This document shows, one piece after another, positions 1 to 10,419 of a stretch of DNA of 64,000 nt. Under the pieces are notes generated by a model. That model made no database searches and was not told the DNA's origin. It saw only the letters and a program-made list of their open reading frames with translations. The DNA lies in the NCBI GenBank assembly GCA_963422645.2, contig CAXXVO010000015.1:128001-192000 (forward strand), written 5' to 3'. Origin of the DNA: Alphaproteobacteria bacterium (GTDB taxonomy: Bacteria; Pseudomonadota; Alphaproteobacteria; UBA828). A program made the translations under genes and the position numbers. Positions within the stretch are counted from its first letter, which is position 1. Every line of letters begins with the position of its first letter.

Positions 1-635
1 GCAAGCGCGGCGCCCTGCTCTCGGGTGTCTCCGGCATCGTCGTGCACGATCACTGGAAGCCGTACTTCGCGATGGAAGGGGTGGAGCACGGCCTGTGCAA
101 CGCCCATCACCTGCGGGAGTTGCAGGCGCTGGTGGACATCGAAGGGGAGGCTTGGGCCCGGCGGATGCAGCAGCTCCTGCGCCGAGCCAATCGCGCCGCC
201 CGCATCGCGCTGGACAAGGATATCGCCGTTCCGGCGAGGCTTGTGGCGCTGATCGAGCGCCGATACGACGAGATCATCGCCGATGCGCTGGCCTTTCACG
301 AGAGCCAACCACCGTTCTCGCCTGGCAAGAGGAAGAAGCGCCGGAAGCGAAGGATCGGTCACAATCTGGCCTTGAGGCTGCGCGACCACAAATGCGCGGT
401 GCTCCGGTTCCTGATCGACCTCGAGGTCGGGTTCACGAACAACGAGGCCGAGCGCGACCTTCGGATGATGAAGCTGCGCCAGAAGATCTCCGGGGGCTTC
501 CGGTCCGCGCAGGGGGCCGAGAACTTCGCCATCCTGCGCAGCGTCATCACCACCGCCAGAAAGCAGGGCTGGAATATCATCGAAGCCCTGACCAGCCCAT
601 CGGATCGGCTCATCGCCACCGTCAAGTGCGCGTAA
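1..635 (+). CDS. IS66-family transposase, C-terminal part (5' end outside window)
   Basis: LCNAHHLREL and FTNNEAERDLR motifs; near-identical to 19609-21114. Confidence 0.92.
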   Translation, partial: KRGALLSGVSGIVVHDHWKPYFAMEGVEHGLCNAHHLRELQALVDIEGEAWARRMQQLLRRANRAARIALDKDIAVPARLVALIERRYDEIIADALAFHESQPPFSPGKRKKRRKRRIGHNLALRLRDHKCAVLRFLIDLEVGFTNNEAERDLRMMKLRQKISGGFRSAQGAENFAILRSVITTARKQGWNIIEALTSPSDRLIATVKCA

Positions 636-845
636 GCTCACCTGGCACGGGTTCTCCAACAGCGGAGCCATTCTCATAAACGATCATGGTCGACGCCGTG
701 CTGGACCACCCCATAGAATGAAAATCGGTGCCCGTCGCGCGGGCGGACTTCGGGCCACATCGGGGTAGCTTCAGACTTCCTGACCTCTGCTGATTTTAGG
801 TGACACGAGCCGCGCGGATTCCGAGGCCCCGTCGATGTCGTAGAC

Positions 846-3205
846 TCAGACTTCCTGACCTCTGCTGATTTTAGGTGACACGAGCCGCGCGGATTCCGAG
901 GCCCCGTCGATGTCGTAGACTATGCGCAGACGGGTGCCGGGGAAGACCGTTTCGGTGGCGTTCAGGTCGCTCAGAACCGCATCGATCCAACGGTCGCAGG
1001 CGTCGTTTGCGAGGCCAAGAATGTGGACCCGCAGGAGGCCATTGCCAGGATCCGGCAGGATGTCGGCATCGGCGGTGAGCAGCGCTTGAAGCAGTTTCCG
1101 GGGATGGGGCTTGTGGCCCTGCGCCTGCATGACGGGAAGCATCATGCGGGTTTCGGCGCGGTAGGCGATCATCCGGATGACGTCGAGGAGGAGGCGCTCG
1201 CGCGCGGGCAAGGCATCGAGCTGCTCGGCTTCGTCGAGGTCGCCGGCCCGGCAGTGCTTGGGCGTCTCCCTGCGGCTGGCCCTGACGATGTCGCGGACAT
1301 CCTGGAGGTCCCTGACTTCCCTCCTGAGTTCCGCCGTCGGCTGCTTCTTCCGGGCCGTGTCGGCGATGCGGTTGCGCAGGCGGCCAAGCTGGCGGTCGAG
1401 GCGATGGATTGCCTTGTCATAGGCCCGCCGCAGCGGGTTGACGACCATGGCGGCGGGATCGAGAGGCTCGAGCTCGTGGGTCGGCAGGGCGTCGAGATTG
1501 AACTCGTCACGCATGTACTTGAAGAAGTTCTCCTGCGACCAGCGCGAGAACATGGCGCCCGCAACCTCAGCCATCGGCTTGTGCGGATCGGTGGTGATCA
1601 GCGGCACCTGACGGCCGTTGTCGAGCAGGCGGCGGATCTGGCGCACCCTGAAGCCGTTCGGCAACGTCACCGGCTTCTCAGCCAGCCGCATGGTGGCGCT
1701 GCCGTCCGCCGCCGGTCCGTGAATGGGAACGGTCATCGCGCCGAAGTCCTCGGCCGGCCAGTCCTCGCCCCTGAAGTTCTTGTGCCAGGTCAGGCAGGCG
1801 ACGCCGCGCCTCGCCAGCCGGCGGAACAGATCCGGGCTCCAGCCCTCGCGGTCGAAGACCAGGGTGAGCGCCGGCTGGCCGGGATGCTCGGCGGTCAGGT
1901 CCGGCGCCCCGGCGCCAACGATCCCAAGCTCCTGCAGCGCCGGCACCACGTCGGCTTCGATGGCCGCGACCATCTTCGGGTCCAGCGGCTTGTGCAGACA
2001 GAGCAGCGGCTTGCCGCCCAGAGCGTTGATCCAGTAGCTGGCGCTCGCCGGCAGGCACAGCTTCTCGCGCGAGACGAAGTGCTTGGGCAAGCGCCCCTTG
2101 CGGCCGGAGTAGACCTTGACGTGCCCGTCGATGGCCAGCGTCGCCCAGAGCTCCGGCTCGTCGGCGCCTGCCAGCGCCTGGCAAGGGCGAGCTGCCACGC
2201 CCGCACGCCGGCCTCGTCGTCGGCGATGAGAGCGATCTTGCGGCGCAGCGTCTTGACCTCGGGGCAGCGATCGAGGCCGAGAATGGCGCCCCATTCGCCC
2301 GGCGCCTGGTAGCGCAGGCTCTCGGGGTTGCGCACCCGCGCCAAGGTCATGAAGGCCAGGAAGAGCAGGATCGTAGGCAAGCCGTAATAGCCCTTCGGCA
2401 GCAATGGCAGGAGACCGGTCTCGGAGAGAAGACCTTCCTTCAGCAGGGCCGGCAGGGCGGCGAGCACGCCGCCGAAGCGGACACCGCGGGCGGCGGCGGC
2501 GAACTGCGGTTCGACCGGCCCCGCCTGTCCACAACTGGCCAGAACCCGAGCCGGAACATCGCAAGTCGCACGCCCCATCGGCGCCTGCCGGTCCCGCCGA
2601 TCGCGCGCGCTGCGATCCGTTTGCGGCTGCGCTTCCAGCCCCGGCGCCGTCTCCGGCCCCGGGGCACCGGTACTCTCTTCATCGACACGGCCTTCAGGAG
2701 CCGCACCCGCGTCAGGCGGCGCAGCCAGCGCTGAGCGTCCGGGCTCCCCATCCGCCTCCGTGTTGCCGATCAGTCCCTGACGGCGCCACTTGTTGACCGA
2801 TGGCGCTGACACGCCGAGAACCCGGGCCGCCGCAGAGCCGCTCAGGCCCGATGCCAGCAACGCCGTCGCCTTCTCCGCCAACTCCGGAGTGAACACCGAC
2901 GGCCCGCGACCGCGCCGGGGCTTCATGAACCCCGCTTCGCCCTCGGCCAGGTAGCGCCGTCGTGCGCGCTGCACCGTCGCGCGCGAGACAGCGAAAGCGT
3001 CAGCCAGTTCCTGCGGCGAGACCGCGCTGATCGCCGCGAGGCGGCCGATCCGCAAGAGCATGGCCGTGCGGTCATCGGCGGCGTGGCTGTCAAAGGGAAT
3101 GAGGTTGGAAAAGTAGGTGAAGGTGTCGTCCGAGATCAGGACGGCGAAGCAGCTGTTGCCGATCGAGACCGCCTCTGGAGGGCACATTGGGAGGGTACTG
3201 GGCAT
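846..3205 (-). pseudogene. Putative DDE transposase (~786 aa if rejoined) with N-terminal HTH domains; frameshift near 2167
   Basis: ORFs 1895-3205 and 846-2564 join at ...ARRWQ/ADEPELW...; acidic motifs IDGH, VFDREG, RWSQENFF; the stop codon is the last 3 nt of the IR. Confidence 0.8.
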
Positions 3206-3360
3206 GGTTGAGACCGTGCAATTGGTATCAAATTATAATATCAGACCTCGGGCGCGACACCCAGCGAAAAACCGCCTGAAACAACCGAAATGTATCAGAA
3301 TTCAAGGAGTTCCCGGCACGCTGCCCAGAACAGCCAGCATCACGAGGTCAGGAAGTCTGA
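846..3360 (-). mobile_element. IS-X inner copy (2515 bp)
   Basis: Same 17-bp IRs; 3-bp duplication GAC at 843-845 and 3361-3363; removing it restores the 3' end of the outer transposase gene. Confidence 0.9.
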
Positions 3361-3363
3361 GAC

Positions 3364-5648
3364 TATGCGCAGACGGGTGCCGGGGAAGACCGTTTCGGTG
3401 GCGTTCAGGTCGCTCAGAACCGCATCGATCCAACGGTCGCAGGCGTCGTTTGCGAGGCCAAGAATGTGGACCCGCAGGAGGCCATTGCCAGGATCCGGCA
3501 GGATGTCGGCATCGGCGGTGAGCAGCGCTTGAAGCAGTTTCCGGGGATGGGGCTTGTGGCCCTGCGCCTGCATGACGGGAAGCATCATGCGGGTTTCGGC
3601 GCGGTAGGCGATCATCCGGATGACGTCGAGGAGGAGGCGCTCGCGCGCGGGCAAGGCATCGAGCTGCTCGGCTTCGTCGAGGTCGCCGGCCCGGCAGTGC
3701 TTGGGCGTCTCCCTGCGGCTGGCCCTGACGATGTCGCGGACATCCTGGAGGTCCCTGACTTCCCTCCTGAGTTCCGCCGTCGGCTGCTTCTTCCGGGCCG
3801 TGTCGGCGATGCGGTTGCGCAGGCGGCCAAGCTGGCGGTCGAGGCGATGGATTGCCTTGTCATAGGCCCGCCGCAGCGGGTTGACGACCATGGCGGCGGG
3901 ATCGAGAGGCTCGAGCTCGTGGGTCGGCAGGGCGTCGAGATTGAACTCGTCACGCATGTACTTGAAGAAGTTCTCCTGCGACCAGCGCGAGAACATGGCG
4001 CCCGCAACCTCAGCCATCGGCTTGTGCGGATCGGTGGTGATCAGCGGCACCTGACGGCCGTTGTCGAGCAGGCGGCGGATCTGGCGCACCCTGAAGCCGT
4101 TCGGCAACGTCACCGGCTTCTCAGCCAGCCGCATGGTGGCGCTGCCGTCCGCCGCCGGTCCGTGAATGGGAACGGTCATCGCGCCGAAGTCCTCGGCCGG
4201 CCAGTCCTCGCCCCTGAAGTTCTTGTGCCAGGTCAGGCAGGCGACGCCGCGCCTCGCCAGCCGGCGGAACAGATCCGGGCTCCAGCCCTCGCGGTCGAAG
4301 ACCAGGGTGAGCGCCGGCTGGCCGGGATGCTCGGCGGTCAGGTCCGGCGCCCCGGCGCCAACGATCCCAAGCTCCTGCAGCGCCGGCACCACGTCGGCTT
4401 CGATGGCCGCGACCATCTTCGGGTCCAGCGGCTTGTGCAGACAGAGCAGCGGCTTGCCGCCCAGAGCGTTGATCCAGTAGCTGGCGCTCGCCGGCAGGCA
4501 CAGCTTCTCGCGCGAGACGAAGTGCTTGGGCAAGCGCCCCTTGCGGCCGGAGTAGACCTTGACGTGCCCGTCGATGGCCAGCGTCGCCCAGAGCTCCGGC
4601 TCGTCGGCGCCTGCCAGCGCCTGGCAAGGGCGAGCTGCCACGCCCGCACGCCGGCCTCGTCGTCGGCGATGAGAGCGATCTTGCGGCGCAGCGTCTTGAC
4701 CTCGGGGCAGCGATCGAGGCCGAGAATGGCGCCCCATTCGCCCGGCGCCTGGTAGCGCAGGCTCTCGGGGTTGCGCACCCGCGCCAAGGTCATGAAGGCC
4801 AGGAAGAGCAGGATCGTAGGCAAGCCGTAATAGCCCTTCGGCAGCAATGGCAGGAGACCGGTCTCGGAGAGAAGACCTTCCTTCAGCAGGGCCGGCAGGG
4901 CGGCGAGCACGCCGCCGAAGCGGACACCGCGGGCGGCGGCGGCGAACTGCGGTTCGACCGGCCCCGCCTGTCCACAACTGGCCAGAACCCGAGCCGGAAC
5001 ATCGCAAGTCGCACGCCCCATCGGCGCCTGCCGGTCCCGCCGATCGCGCGCGCTGCGATCCGTTTGCGGCTGCGCTTCCAGCCCCGGCGCCGTCTCCGGC
5101 CCCGGGGCACCGGTACTCTCTTCATCGACACGGCCTTCAGGAGCCGCACCCGCGTCAGGCGGCGCAGCCAGCGCTGAGCGTCCGGGCTCCCCATCCGCCT
5201 CCGTGTTGCCGATCAGTCCCTGACGGCGCCACTTGTTGACCGATGGCGCTGACACGCCGAGAACCCGGGCCGCCGCAGAGCCGCTCAGGCCCGATGCCAG
5301 CAACGCCGTCGCCTTCTCCGCCAACTCCGGAGTGAACACCGACGGCCCGCGACCGCGCCGGGGCTTCATGAACCCCGCTTCGCCCTCGGCCAGGTAGCGC
5401 CGTCGTGCGCGCTGCACCGTCGCGCGCGAGACAGCGAAAGCGTCAGCCAGTTCCTGCGGCGAGACCGCGCTGATCGCCGCGAGGCGGCCGATCCGCAAGA
5501 GCATGGCCGTGCGGTCATCGGCGGCGTGGCTGTCAAAGGGAATGAGGTTGGAAAAGTAGGTGAAGGTGTCGTCCGAGATCAGGACGGCGAAGCAGCTGTT
5601 GCCGATCGAGACCGCCTCTGGAGGGCACATTGGGAGGGTACTGGGCAT
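3364..5648 (-). pseudogene. IS-X transposase of the outer copy; same frameshift near 4610; its last codons lie at 771-845
   Basis: Sequence duplicate of the inner copy (offset 2443 nt). Confidence 0.8.
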
Positions 5649-5888
5649 GGTTGAGACCGTGCAATTGGTATCAAATTATACTATCAGACCTCGGGCGCGA
5701 CACCCAGCGAAAAACCGCCTGAAACAACCGAAATGTATCAGAATTCGTAACTACCCAGGTACCCCAATCCTGAGTTGAGGACGGTGATTATGGCGGCGGC
5801 CGCGGCCTGGTTCTGCCACCGCGATTGGTTCTTGACCTCATAGAGTTGCGGGACTATGGACTGCTCTCTCGCGTGACGGGAGCGGTCC

Positions 5889-6554
5889 ATGGGGTATTTC
5901 GGCTCGAAGGCGACAGCAGGTCTGTGCCAAGCGCTGATTGCGCTGATGCCGCCGCACTCCGTCTACATCGAAAGCCACCTTGGGGGCGGGGCGCTGATGA
6001 AGCGCAAGCCGCCGGCCGTGCGTTCGATCGGCATCGACCGCGATGCGCAGGCGCTCGAGGCCTTCGTCTGCGACTACCCGGTCGATCTGGTTCACGGCTG
6101 TGCCCATGACTTCCTGGCCTCGTTCCCGTTCCTGGGCCCGGAGCTGGTTTACAGCGATCCGCCCTATCTGCACGCGACCCGCCGCTCGGCGCAGCGCTAC
6201 CGCTTCGAGTACGAGGAGGCCGGCCACGTCGCGCTTCTCGCGCTGCTCAAGGCTCTGCCCTGCCAGGTCATGATCTCGGGCCATCCGTCGGCGCTCTATG
6301 ACGAGGTGCTGGCGGGATGGCGCCGGCTGGCGCTGCAGGTCACGACCCAGGGTCTGGTGCGAACCGAGGTCGTCTGGTTCAACTACGCCCCCGACCGGAT
6401 GCATTGGGCCAGCCACGCAGGCCGGAACTTCACCGACCGCCAGCGCATCAAGCGCAAGGCAGCCAACTGGGGCCGGCGCTACCAGGCCTTGCCGCCGGGC
6501 GAACGCCTCGCCGTGCTCGCCGCCATGATGGCCGTCGAGGCCGAAGACACGTGA
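5889..6554 (+). CDS. Small Dam/D12-class N6-adenine DNA methyltransferase
   Basis: YFGSK, YIESHLGGG (SAM-binding motif variant) and catalytic DPPY in alpha-class order. Confidence 0.85.
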   Translation: MGYFGSKATAGLCQALIALMPPHSVYIESHLGGGALMKRKPPAVRSIGIDRDAQALEAFVCDYPVDLVHGCAHDFLASFPFLGPELVYSDPPYLHATRRSAQRYRFEYEEAGHVALLALLKALPCQVMISGHPSALYDEVLAGWRRLALQVTTQGLVRTEVVWFNYAPDRMHWASHAGRNFTDRQRIKRKAANWGRRYQALPPGERLAVLAAMMAVEAEDT

Positions 6555-8089
6555 CGGTGTCGCACTGGCACGAAGACCTCGCCGCCCGTAACGAGGCCTT
6601 CTGCTGCCTGAAGGAGCTTCTCGAGCCATCATCCCTCGCAACCACTGTCGTCGTTGCCGTCCGGGAATGGGGGCAGGGGCTGCTGCGATCAGCCACCGCG
6701 CTCGCCCGGGAAAATGCCGCACTCGAGCAGGAGAACGCGGCCCTGCGCGAGCGCATCGCCGAACTCGAGCGCAGCGCGGCCCTCAACAGCACCACAAGCA
6801 GCAAGCCCCCCGCCAGCGACGGGCTCAAGAAGAAAAGCGGAGCCCAGAGGCGCACCCAAAGCCAGCGCGGAAAGTCCGGCGGGCCCAGTGGCGGCCAGCC
6901 CGGCCACAAGGGAACCACCCTCGCGCGGAGCGACAGCCCGGACCGTGTCGTCGATCACCACCCCTCCACCTGTTCCGGCTGTGGCGTCGAGCTCTCGGAC
7001 GCCGACCGGCAAGGCGCGCCCGCCTGTCGGCAGGTCTTCGACGTACCCGAGCCGCAGCCTCTCGAGGTCACCGAACACCGCGCCCATCGCTGCCTCTGCG
7101 GCGCATGCGGCACGCTGACACGAGCCGCCTTCCCGCCGGGCGTCACCGCCCCGGTCCAGTACGGCCCTCGCATCACCGCTTGGGTGAGTTACCTGCTGTA
7201 CGCCCAGTTCGTGCCCGAGAAGCGTCTGGCCGAACTCATGAGCGACATCTTCGCGGTGTCCATCTCCACTGCCACGATCGCCGCCATGGGCCGGCGCACA
7301 GCGCAGCGCTTCGAGGGCTTCCTCGACCATGTCGCCGATCTGATCCGCACGCAGGCGCCGGTCAAGCACCTCGACGAGACCGGCCTGCGTATCGCCGCCC
7401 GTACCCGCTGGCTCCATGTGCTGTGCACCCCGTTGCTCACCGTCCTGCGCATCGGCGAGGGACGCGGCGATGTCGAAAAGAACCTGAAAGGCATCCTCGT
7501 CCACGACGACTTCGCCCCCTACTTCACCATCAAGGGCGTCCGCCACGGCGCCTGCAACGCACATCACCTGCGCGAACTCCAGGCCCTGATCGACATCGAG
7601 AAGGAGGAATGGGCGGCGAGCATGCACCGCCTGCTTCAGCGCGCGCGCAGGGCCGCCCGCTTCGCCCGTGAGAAAGACCGTCAAGTCCCCGCCTCCCTGG
7701 TGGCCCGCATCTCAAGGGCATGGGACCGTATCCTCGAAGAAGCCATCGCCTTCCATGAGGCCCAACCGCCGCTCCAGATCGCAAAGCGAGGGCGAAAGAA
7801 ACGCCGCATCGGCCACAACCTCGCGCGCCGCCTTCAAAAGCATAAGGAGGGCTGCCTGCGCTTCCTCACCGACCTGCGCACGCCGTTCACGAATAACGAG
7901 GCGGAGCGTGACATCCGTATGAACAAAGTGCATGAGAAGATCTCAGGCGGCTTCCGCTCCCTGCAAGGCGCCTGCAACTTCGCCGGAATGCGCAGCGTCA
8001 TCGTCACCGCTCGAAAGCAAGGCTGGAACATCCTGCAAATCCTGGCGCACCCGGAACCGATGCAGCTGATCCCTATACTGCGCTCCTGA
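6551..8089 (+). CDS. IS66-family transposase
   Basis: GTG start overlaps the MTase stop (GTGA); coiled coil, NSTTSSKPPASD, CxxC Zn ribbon, HLDETG, FTNNEAERDIR. Confidence 0.9.
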   Translation: MTVSHWHEDLAARNEAFCCLKELLEPSSLATTVVVAVREWGQGLLRSATALARENAALEQENAALRERIAELERSAALNSTTSSKPPASDGLKKKSGAQRRTQSQRGKSGGPSGGQPGHKGTTLARSDSPDRVVDHHPSTCSGCGVELSDADRQGAPACRQVFDVPEPQPLEVTEHRAHRCLCGACGTLTRAAFPPGVTAPVQYGPRITAWVSYLLYAQFVPEKRLAELMSDIFAVSISTATIAAMGRRTAQRFEGFLDHVADLIRTQAPVKHLDETGLRIAARTRWLHVLCTPLLTVLRIGEGRGDVEKNLKGILVHDDFAPYFTIKGVRHGACNAHHLRELQALIDIEKEEWAASMHRLLQRARRAARFAREKDRQVPASLVARISRAWDRILEEAIAFHEAQPPLQIAKRGRKKRRIGHNLARRLQKHKEGCLRFLTDLRTPFTNNEAERDIRMNKVHEKISGGFRSLQGACNFAGMRSVIVTARKQGWNILQILAHPEPMQLIPILRS

Positions 8090-8544
8090 ACTTCTCCGGC
8101 TCATCCTGAGTATCGCTGTCCTCTCATCTTGTTCGCGACGCGGCGTTCATCATCCTCTCGCGCTCAAGAGAGTAGGCACCCCCGCGGCGTGGGGGCGTTG
8201 ACGCAAAAGGAACTGGCTTGTTCCATAAGAGAGAGGGGGTACCTGGGCAGTTACCAAGAATTCAAGGAGTTCCCGGCACGCTGCCCAGAACAGCCAGCAT
8301 CACGAGGTCAGGAAGTCTGAGCTTACCGGTCGCAGTCCGCAAGAGGGGCATCGTGAGCTGTGAAACCCGGCGACCCCAGAGGAGCACACGGGCGTCGCGT
8401 GGGTAGCGTTGTGCCGAATCCCAGAGAATTTTCACAGCAAGAACCTGGGCAGTTACATCGTTTCTTCAAGACAACCGTTGATTGTCTACGATTTTATGAG
8501 ATCGCAAAACAACACTATTTCGTAAATTGCCCTTTGGTTTGGCG

Positions 8545-9177
8545 TTATGCGCGATGCGCATGAATGATCCGGACTTGTTCAGCCGAGCCGTCCCTGGATC
8601 GCGCGTCCACCATGCGCTGGAGCATGGGAACGAAGTGGGCAAACTCCGGCGTCGCCATGCCGACCCGCTTGCCGGCATCGTCCAGGTATCGGACTGCGAC
8701 GATCTCGTGGAAGCTCGGCTGCGTCTCGAATTGCGCCACCTCTTCCGCGTTCATGGGCCCTCCCTGCAACGTCAGGGAATGCACCGAAGCGGCGCTCAGC
8801 GTATCGAAGTAGCCGGGGTCGGTGGCGCAGAGGTAGCGCTTGGCCGCCACGTGAAAGCGGCAGCAATCGACGACGACCCGGGGGAAGAAGGGTTCGAGAA
8901 GCCGGGCCCCGGCCTTCTCGTGATGCCGGTCCTGCGTATCGTTCATCGAAAATGAGCCGGAGCCGCCGACGATATGGCCGATGTCGTGCAGCAGCGCAGC
9001 GGCGACGATCTCCTCGGGATCGCCCTTCCGCTCGGCGACGGTGGCGCTCTGCAGCATGTGTTCGGCCAGCGTGACGGCCTCCCCGAGATAGCGCTCGCCG
9101 CTGCGGCGCTCGAAGATGTCCTGGATGAAGGCCACGATCGTCCTTTGGTCGAGCCCGATGTCGCCGGTCTCGCTCAT
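8545..9177 (-). CDS. tmpB: HD-domain diiron oxygenase, TmpB/PhnZ-like (phosphonate C-P cleavage)
   Basis: YLGEAVTLAEHMLQ, LLHDIGH, HVAAKRYL, SL.LQGGPM; ATGA-coupled to the upstream dioxygenase. Confidence 0.75.
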   Translation of the reverse strand: MSETGDIGLDQRTIVAFIQDIFERRSGERYLGEAVTLAEHMLQSATVAERKGDPEEIVAAALLHDIGHIVGGSGSFSMNDTQDRHHEKAGARLLEPFFPRVVVDCCRFHVAAKRYLCATDPGYFDTLSAASVHSLTLQGGPMNAEEVAQFETQPSFHEIVAVRYLDDAGKRVGMATPEFAHFVPMLQRMVDARSRDGSAEQVRIIHAHRA

Positions 9178-10319
9178 TCCGCCGCCTCCCTGCACGCAGC
9201 CGTCAACACCGCAAGTTTCGACAGCAGGCCGTCCTTGTCGGCGTAGCACCCCTGAAGCCACCGCCTGCCAGAGCCCGAGTAGGCCTTGCGCGCATGAAGC
9301 ACACGCGTGTTGTCCAGAAGGAAACACTCGCCCGGTTCGAGTCGGACCATGACCTGCATCGCCGGGTCGTCGACGATCTCGCTCAGGCGTCGATAGGCCC
9401 TGTACCAGGTATCCATCCGCTCGAAGGGAACATCCGTCACCGCGGCAAGGGAGCGGTTGTTGAAGCGAATGGCGGTCAGCTCGCCGTCCGGCGCCAGTTC
9501 GAGGATCGGGCGCCGCGCGCGCAGGTTCGTCGAGGGATCGCCGGCGTACTGGAAGCGCGCGCAATACCTGCTCAGCACCTCGAAATCGTCGGGTCGCTCC
9601 TGCCGGAGCCGCTCCGCCGCCCGGAATCCGTCGACCACGATGCTCTCCCCTCCTTCAGCGGAATTCTCCAGGCAATAGAGCACCTGCAGCGTCGGCACCG
9701 GGTCCCTGTATGGATTGTCGGTATGGGCCTGGAGCCCAAGACTGGAGAAAGCGAGGTTGGTCGGATTCACCTCGGTGCGGACCTCGAAGTGCCGGCCGTA
9801 GTTGGTCTCCCTCACGTACCCGAAGAGGTCGACAACATCGAAGAGCGCGCCCGGCCTCGTGCCTCCCCCGACGACCCTGCCGAACCCGAAGCGCACGACC
9901 GCCTCCAGCCATTCCCGCAACCGCCCGCTGTCAGCTTTCAGAGATCCCATGTCCGCTTCGGGAATCTCTGCCAGGGAAGGGCTGTCCCAGGTTTCGATGC
10001 CGGATGCGATCCAGCCCCGTTCGTTGCGGGCCGGGCGGTCGCAGGCGTTCCTCAGGAGCCACCCCAAGTCATACCCGATGGTCTTGTTCTCCGGTTGGAA
10101 CGACACGGTCAGGGTCGCGCCCTCGGCCTTGGCGGTCACGATGGCCGTCTCCTCCGGGATGTCGCCGACCGTGACCAGCCTTTGGCCGTTCTCCGGTGAG
10201 CGGGTCCGCTCGTCCCGGGCATTGTCCCGCAACCACACGGCGTGGAACCGAAGGGGCTCCGGGCCGAGACCGGCTATTTCGACGACCTGTCCATCCGGGC
10301 TGAGAGTGACGTCGGGCAT
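9174..10319 (-). CDS. tmpA: Fe(II)/2OG dioxygenase of the gamma-butyrobetaine hydroxylase family, TmpA-like
   Basis: HAVWLRDN N-domain, HTDNPYRDP, DNTRVLHAR; adjacent HD oxygenase. Confidence 0.75.
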   Translation of the reverse strand: MPDVTLSPDGQVVEIAGLGPEPLRFHAVWLRDNARDERTRSPENGQRLVTVGDIPEETAIVTAKAEGATLTVSFQPENKTIGYDLGWLLRNACDRPARNERGWIASGIETWDSPSLAEIPEADMGSLKADSGRLREWLEAVVRFGFGRVVGGGTRPGALFDVVDLFGYVRETNYGRHFEVRTEVNPTNLAFSSLGLQAHTDNPYRDPVPTLQVLYCLENSAEGGESIVVDGFRAAERLRQERPDDFEVLSRYCARFQYAGDPSTNLRARRPILELAPDGELTAIRFNNRSLAAVTDVPFERMDTWYRAYRRLSEIVDDPAMQVMVRLEPGECFLLDNTRVLHARKAYSGSGRRWLQGCYADKDGLLSKLAVLTAACREAAE

Positions 10320-10419
10320 CGCGCAAGCTCCCCGAATCCCGGAGCGCATGGTAGCGGATCGAGACGGCAACCGGCCCGGAATTCAAGGCGGGTGCCCGTC
10401 CGGACCGCGGCACTCCGGC

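Larger units (their letters stand above)
5747..8254 (+). mobile_element. IS66-family element carrying a DNA methyltransferase passenger gene
   Basis: IRs GTAACT(A/G)CCCAGGTACCCC; flanks CAGAATTC / CAAGAATTC (8-bp TSD with one extra base); empty site visible in the inner IS-X near 3296-3310. Confidence 0.9.
771..8320 (-). mobile_element. Unclassified IS ('IS-X'), outer copy, interrupted by a second IS-X (846-3360) and an IS66 (5747-8254)
   Basis: Perfect 17-bp terminal IRs TCAGACTTCCTGACCTC; 3-bp duplication GCT at 768-770 and 8321-8323. Confidence 0.88.
1..8456 (+). mobile_element. IS66-family element (single-transposase type), left end outside window; interrupted in its 3' non-coding part by nested IS elements at 771-8320
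   Basis: 1-770 joined to 8324-8456 matches the intact copy at 19341-21228 (reverse strand) apart from a few SNPs; right IR ACCTGGGCAGTTAC ends at 8456. Confidence 0.9.

Noticed and set aside
771-920. 75-bp tandem duplication
   Set aside because: Explained by IS-X inserting 75 bp inside the end of another IS-X copy
8324-8456. Apparent stand-alone MITE, also present at 19341-19475
   Set aside because: It is the displaced right end of the IS66 element
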